A DNA stretch of 16,095 nucleotides from an uncultured archaeon (lineage in GTDB: Archaea > Iainarchaeota > Iainarchaeia > Iainarchaeales > CSSED10-239), in the NCBI GenBank assembly GCA_964463155.1, contig CAYXAY010000016.1, positions 1 through 16,095 of the forward strand. The letters are read 5' to 3'. The translations under genes were made by a program, and so were the position numbers. Below, piece by piece: positions 14,117 to 16,095 of this stretch. The notes beneath the pieces were generated by a model. That model did no database searches. It was not told the origin of the DNA and saw nothing but the letters and a program-made list of their open reading frames with translations. Positions within the stretch are counted from its first letter, which is position 1, and each line of letters begins with the position of its first letter.

Positions 14117-16095
14117 ATGAACAAAAAAAATTTAATTTCAATTTTTATAATACTAATTTGTGTGCTTTTTATAAGTACAAGCGTTTTTGCATCTGCTGGA
14201 CAAAAAGGACAAAGACCAGAATATTGTACTATTCCGGAAATGACTGATTTAAAGATTATATCTGTTTCTGCAACTAAATATACTAGAGTCCAGAATGACA
14301 GTAATTGTGCAGTTGTAACAGTTATAACAAATGAATATAGTTACACTACTACTAATGAATTCGCTTTAGGCATTATAATTGTAGGAGGTGCAACAAATTC
14401 TAAAAGATCAGTCTATGGAAAAATTATGGAAAAAATATATGTAGATGGTCCGAATAATATAAAAGCGGCAGGTTGTTTTGATATAAATAATTACAGTAAT
14501 TTTGAGAATGGTAAATTGTGTTCTCCATCAATCAAAGAGAAATTAACTCATAGCATTCATTTTGAACATGGAGATCCATTTTGTAATACATCGAAATTTG
14601 ATACATATGTATTCAAACCATGGAAGATATATGCAGGGTTTCAGAATAATGCTTATATTTGTGGTAAGGGAAAAAATAAATCAGATAGTCGAAATTTGGG
14701 GACAGCTTCTGCTGTATTATGGAGTGTAAATAACAGTGTTTTTACAGACACTTATTTTTATAATTTAGATTATGCTTATGACGTTCCATTTCCAAATGCA
14801 GCACCGCCTGCAGCGACACAATCTACATCAATAGCAACAGCACCAACAGATTTAGAGTGTTCAAATAACTGTTCAGGATATGTAAAATCTACAACATATC
14901 CAACATTAACAATAGGTGGAGTAAGATATAATCCAGGATCTTTATGTTATAAATGTAATACTGATAAAACAATGGCTGAAAGATGTAATCCCAAAACTGG
15001 TGAAAAAAGCGGATTTATAGTGAATTTAAATAATTATCCAAATTTAAAAGCGGAAATTTGTCCAAATGTAGAACCAGATACTAAAGCAACAGTTATAAAT
15101 ATAGAAAATAACAGTAACATATCAGATATTAATTTTACAGAAGATAATAAAAATTGGTATCCCGTAACTAAAATTGATGATCCTGAAGCTTACATTTTAG
15201 GAAACAAAACACAAGATAAAAATTTAAGTATTAATTTAGATAGTTTTACGGATGGTAACATTTATGCGATAGTTTCTACAGCTAATAAAAACACAGAAAT
15301 AGAAAAGGAATTACAACAAATTTATAAAACAGGTGTTTTTGCTAATTATGTTAGGCAAACAGACGCAAATCCATTTAATATTAAAAACGGTGAGGATTTT
15401 ATTAAATTAAACTATTCTCTTAGTGGGCCAAAAAATATTAAAATAAATATTACACAAAACACAGTTGAAAATATAGTATTAATATTTATGCAACAATCTG
15501 GCGATAAAGTAAATTTGGCATATACTAATCTATATTTTTTAAATGATAAAAATCAATCACTTTTTTATTTTTGTATGATTAATAGAAATATTGTAAATTT
15601 CTATTGTAAGGGACACAATTGTAGTTTAAATGCCAGTTGTTTTAATTCAGGAAGATGGGATTTTAATTCACAAATCTTTGTCGTATTAGGCAGCAAAAAT
15701 GCAGAACAAGACCGCAAGGACCCGGAATTAGCGCAATCAATAACTTTAGAAAAAGGAAATGATGGTTGTTATACTTCAAATCCACAAACCTTAGCAAAAA
15801 TTAGACAAGAAGACGGAATTGGGATAACAAAACCACCATTTAATGAAAGAAGGACAATGGATAGTATTGTCTTACCAGCGTCAAAGGAGGGAACAGATGA
15901 TGATCCAAGTTTAACTGTTGCTCAAATAAGGAATATTTTTAATAGTACAAGCTTAAATATCCCACAAAGAGTAAAAGATGCCGCGCCATCATTTTATAAT
16001 TTGGGTTTATTATATGACATAGACCCGGCATATATTATTGCAATATTTAGAGCAGAAAAATCAATGTTTAATCAGAACGCCGGCACCGTATCCCA
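14117..16095 (+). CDS. large secreted Cys-rich protein with C-terminal SLT/lytic-transglycosylase-like motif, 3'-partial (runs off the window)
   Basis: I checked codon by codon and found no stop from ATG 14117 to nt 16095 (659 codons). The ORF track omits it because no stop lies within the window. The N-terminus MNKKNLISIFIILICVLFISTSVFA/SAGQ looks like a signal peptide. There are more than 20 Cys and a Pro/Ala/Thr linker (14786-14848). The visible end, YDIDPAYIIAIFRAEKSMFNQNA (16019-16081), resembles the SLT motif YGVDPALVLAVIRQESSFNPNA, with candidate catalytic Glu at 16055-16057. Confidence 0.8.
   Translation, partial: MNKKNLISIFIILICVLFISTSVFASAGQKGQRPEYCTIPEMTDLKIISVSATKYTRVQNDSNCAVVTVITNEYSYTTTNEFALGIIIVGGATNSKRSVYGKIMEKIYVDGPNNIKAAGCFDINNYSNFENGKLCSPSIKEKLTHSIHFEHGDPFCNTSKFDTYVFKPWKIYAGFQNNAYICGKGKNKSDSRNLGTASAVLWSVNNSVFTDTYFYNLDYAYDVPFPNAAPPAATQSTSIATAPTDLECSNNCSGYVKSTTYPTLTIGGVRYNPGSLCYKCNTDKTMAERCNPKTGEKSGFIVNLNNYPNLKAEICPNVEPDTKATVINIENNSNISDINFTEDNKNWYPVTKIDDPEAYILGNKTQDKNLSINLDSFTDGNIYAIVSTANKNTEIEKELQQIYKTGVFANYVRQTDANPFNIKNGEDFIKLNYSLSGPKNIKINITQNTVENIVLIFMQQSGDKVNLAYTNLYFLNDKNQSLFYFCMINRNIVNFYCKGHNCSLNASCFNSGRWDFNSQIFVVLGSKNAEQDRKDPELAQSITLEKGNDGCYTSNPQTLAKIRQEDGIGITKPPFNERRTMDSIVLPASKEGTDDDPSLTVAQIRNIFNSTSLNIPQRVKDAAPSFYNLGLLYDIDPAYIIAIFRAEKSMFNQNAGTVS

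Noticed and set aside
1-16095. tRNA or rRNA genes, CRISPR arrays, integrase or transposase genes, and terminal inverted repeats of mobile elements.
   Set aside because: I saw no GC-rich islands of tRNA size in the noncoding gaps, no regularly spaced direct repeats of 24-40 nt, and no recombinase-like ORF. This is a by-eye scan only; tRNAscan-SE, Infernal or CRISPR finders would be decisive.

Overview
AT-rich window (about 30% GC by eye), densely coding, with no rRNA, tRNA, CRISPR array or recognisable mobile element. Marker content points to a small-genome, DPANN-like archaeon: an archaeal-type D-aminoacyl-tRNA deacylase (DtdA), a Dph6/MJ0570-type diphthine-ammonia ligase domain and a COG1373-type ATPase. 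This is an inference, not a search result. All motif comparisons below are against family sequences recalled from memory. Left to right: two unknown ORFs (the first is cut by the window edge); dtdA (-); a co-directional thymidylate module (degenerate Tmk-like protein, glyA, tandem-domain ThyX-like protein, frameshifted dCMP deaminase); a small unknown ORF; an AlkD-family DNA-glycosylase gene with five in-frame stop codons and no start; a minus-strand pair (AsnB-like plus Dph6-like double PP-loop fusion, then a Zn-dependent PLC-like protein); a bitopic Lys/Pro-rich membrane protein; an AAA ATPase with a PD-(D/E)xK-like C-terminus; corA (-). The last feature is an open reading frame of more than 659 codons (14117 to the window end) that the supplied ORF track omits. 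It encodes a signal-peptide-bearing, Cys-rich protein that ends in a lytic-transglycosylase (SLT)-like motif. Items most worth follow-up are that secreted muralytic-looking protein, the double PP-loop fusion, the odd thymidylate module, and the unusual gene disruptions between 4.3 and 8.2 kb (two single-base homopolymer frameshifts, plus an AlkD-like gene with 5 nonsense codons and no indels).
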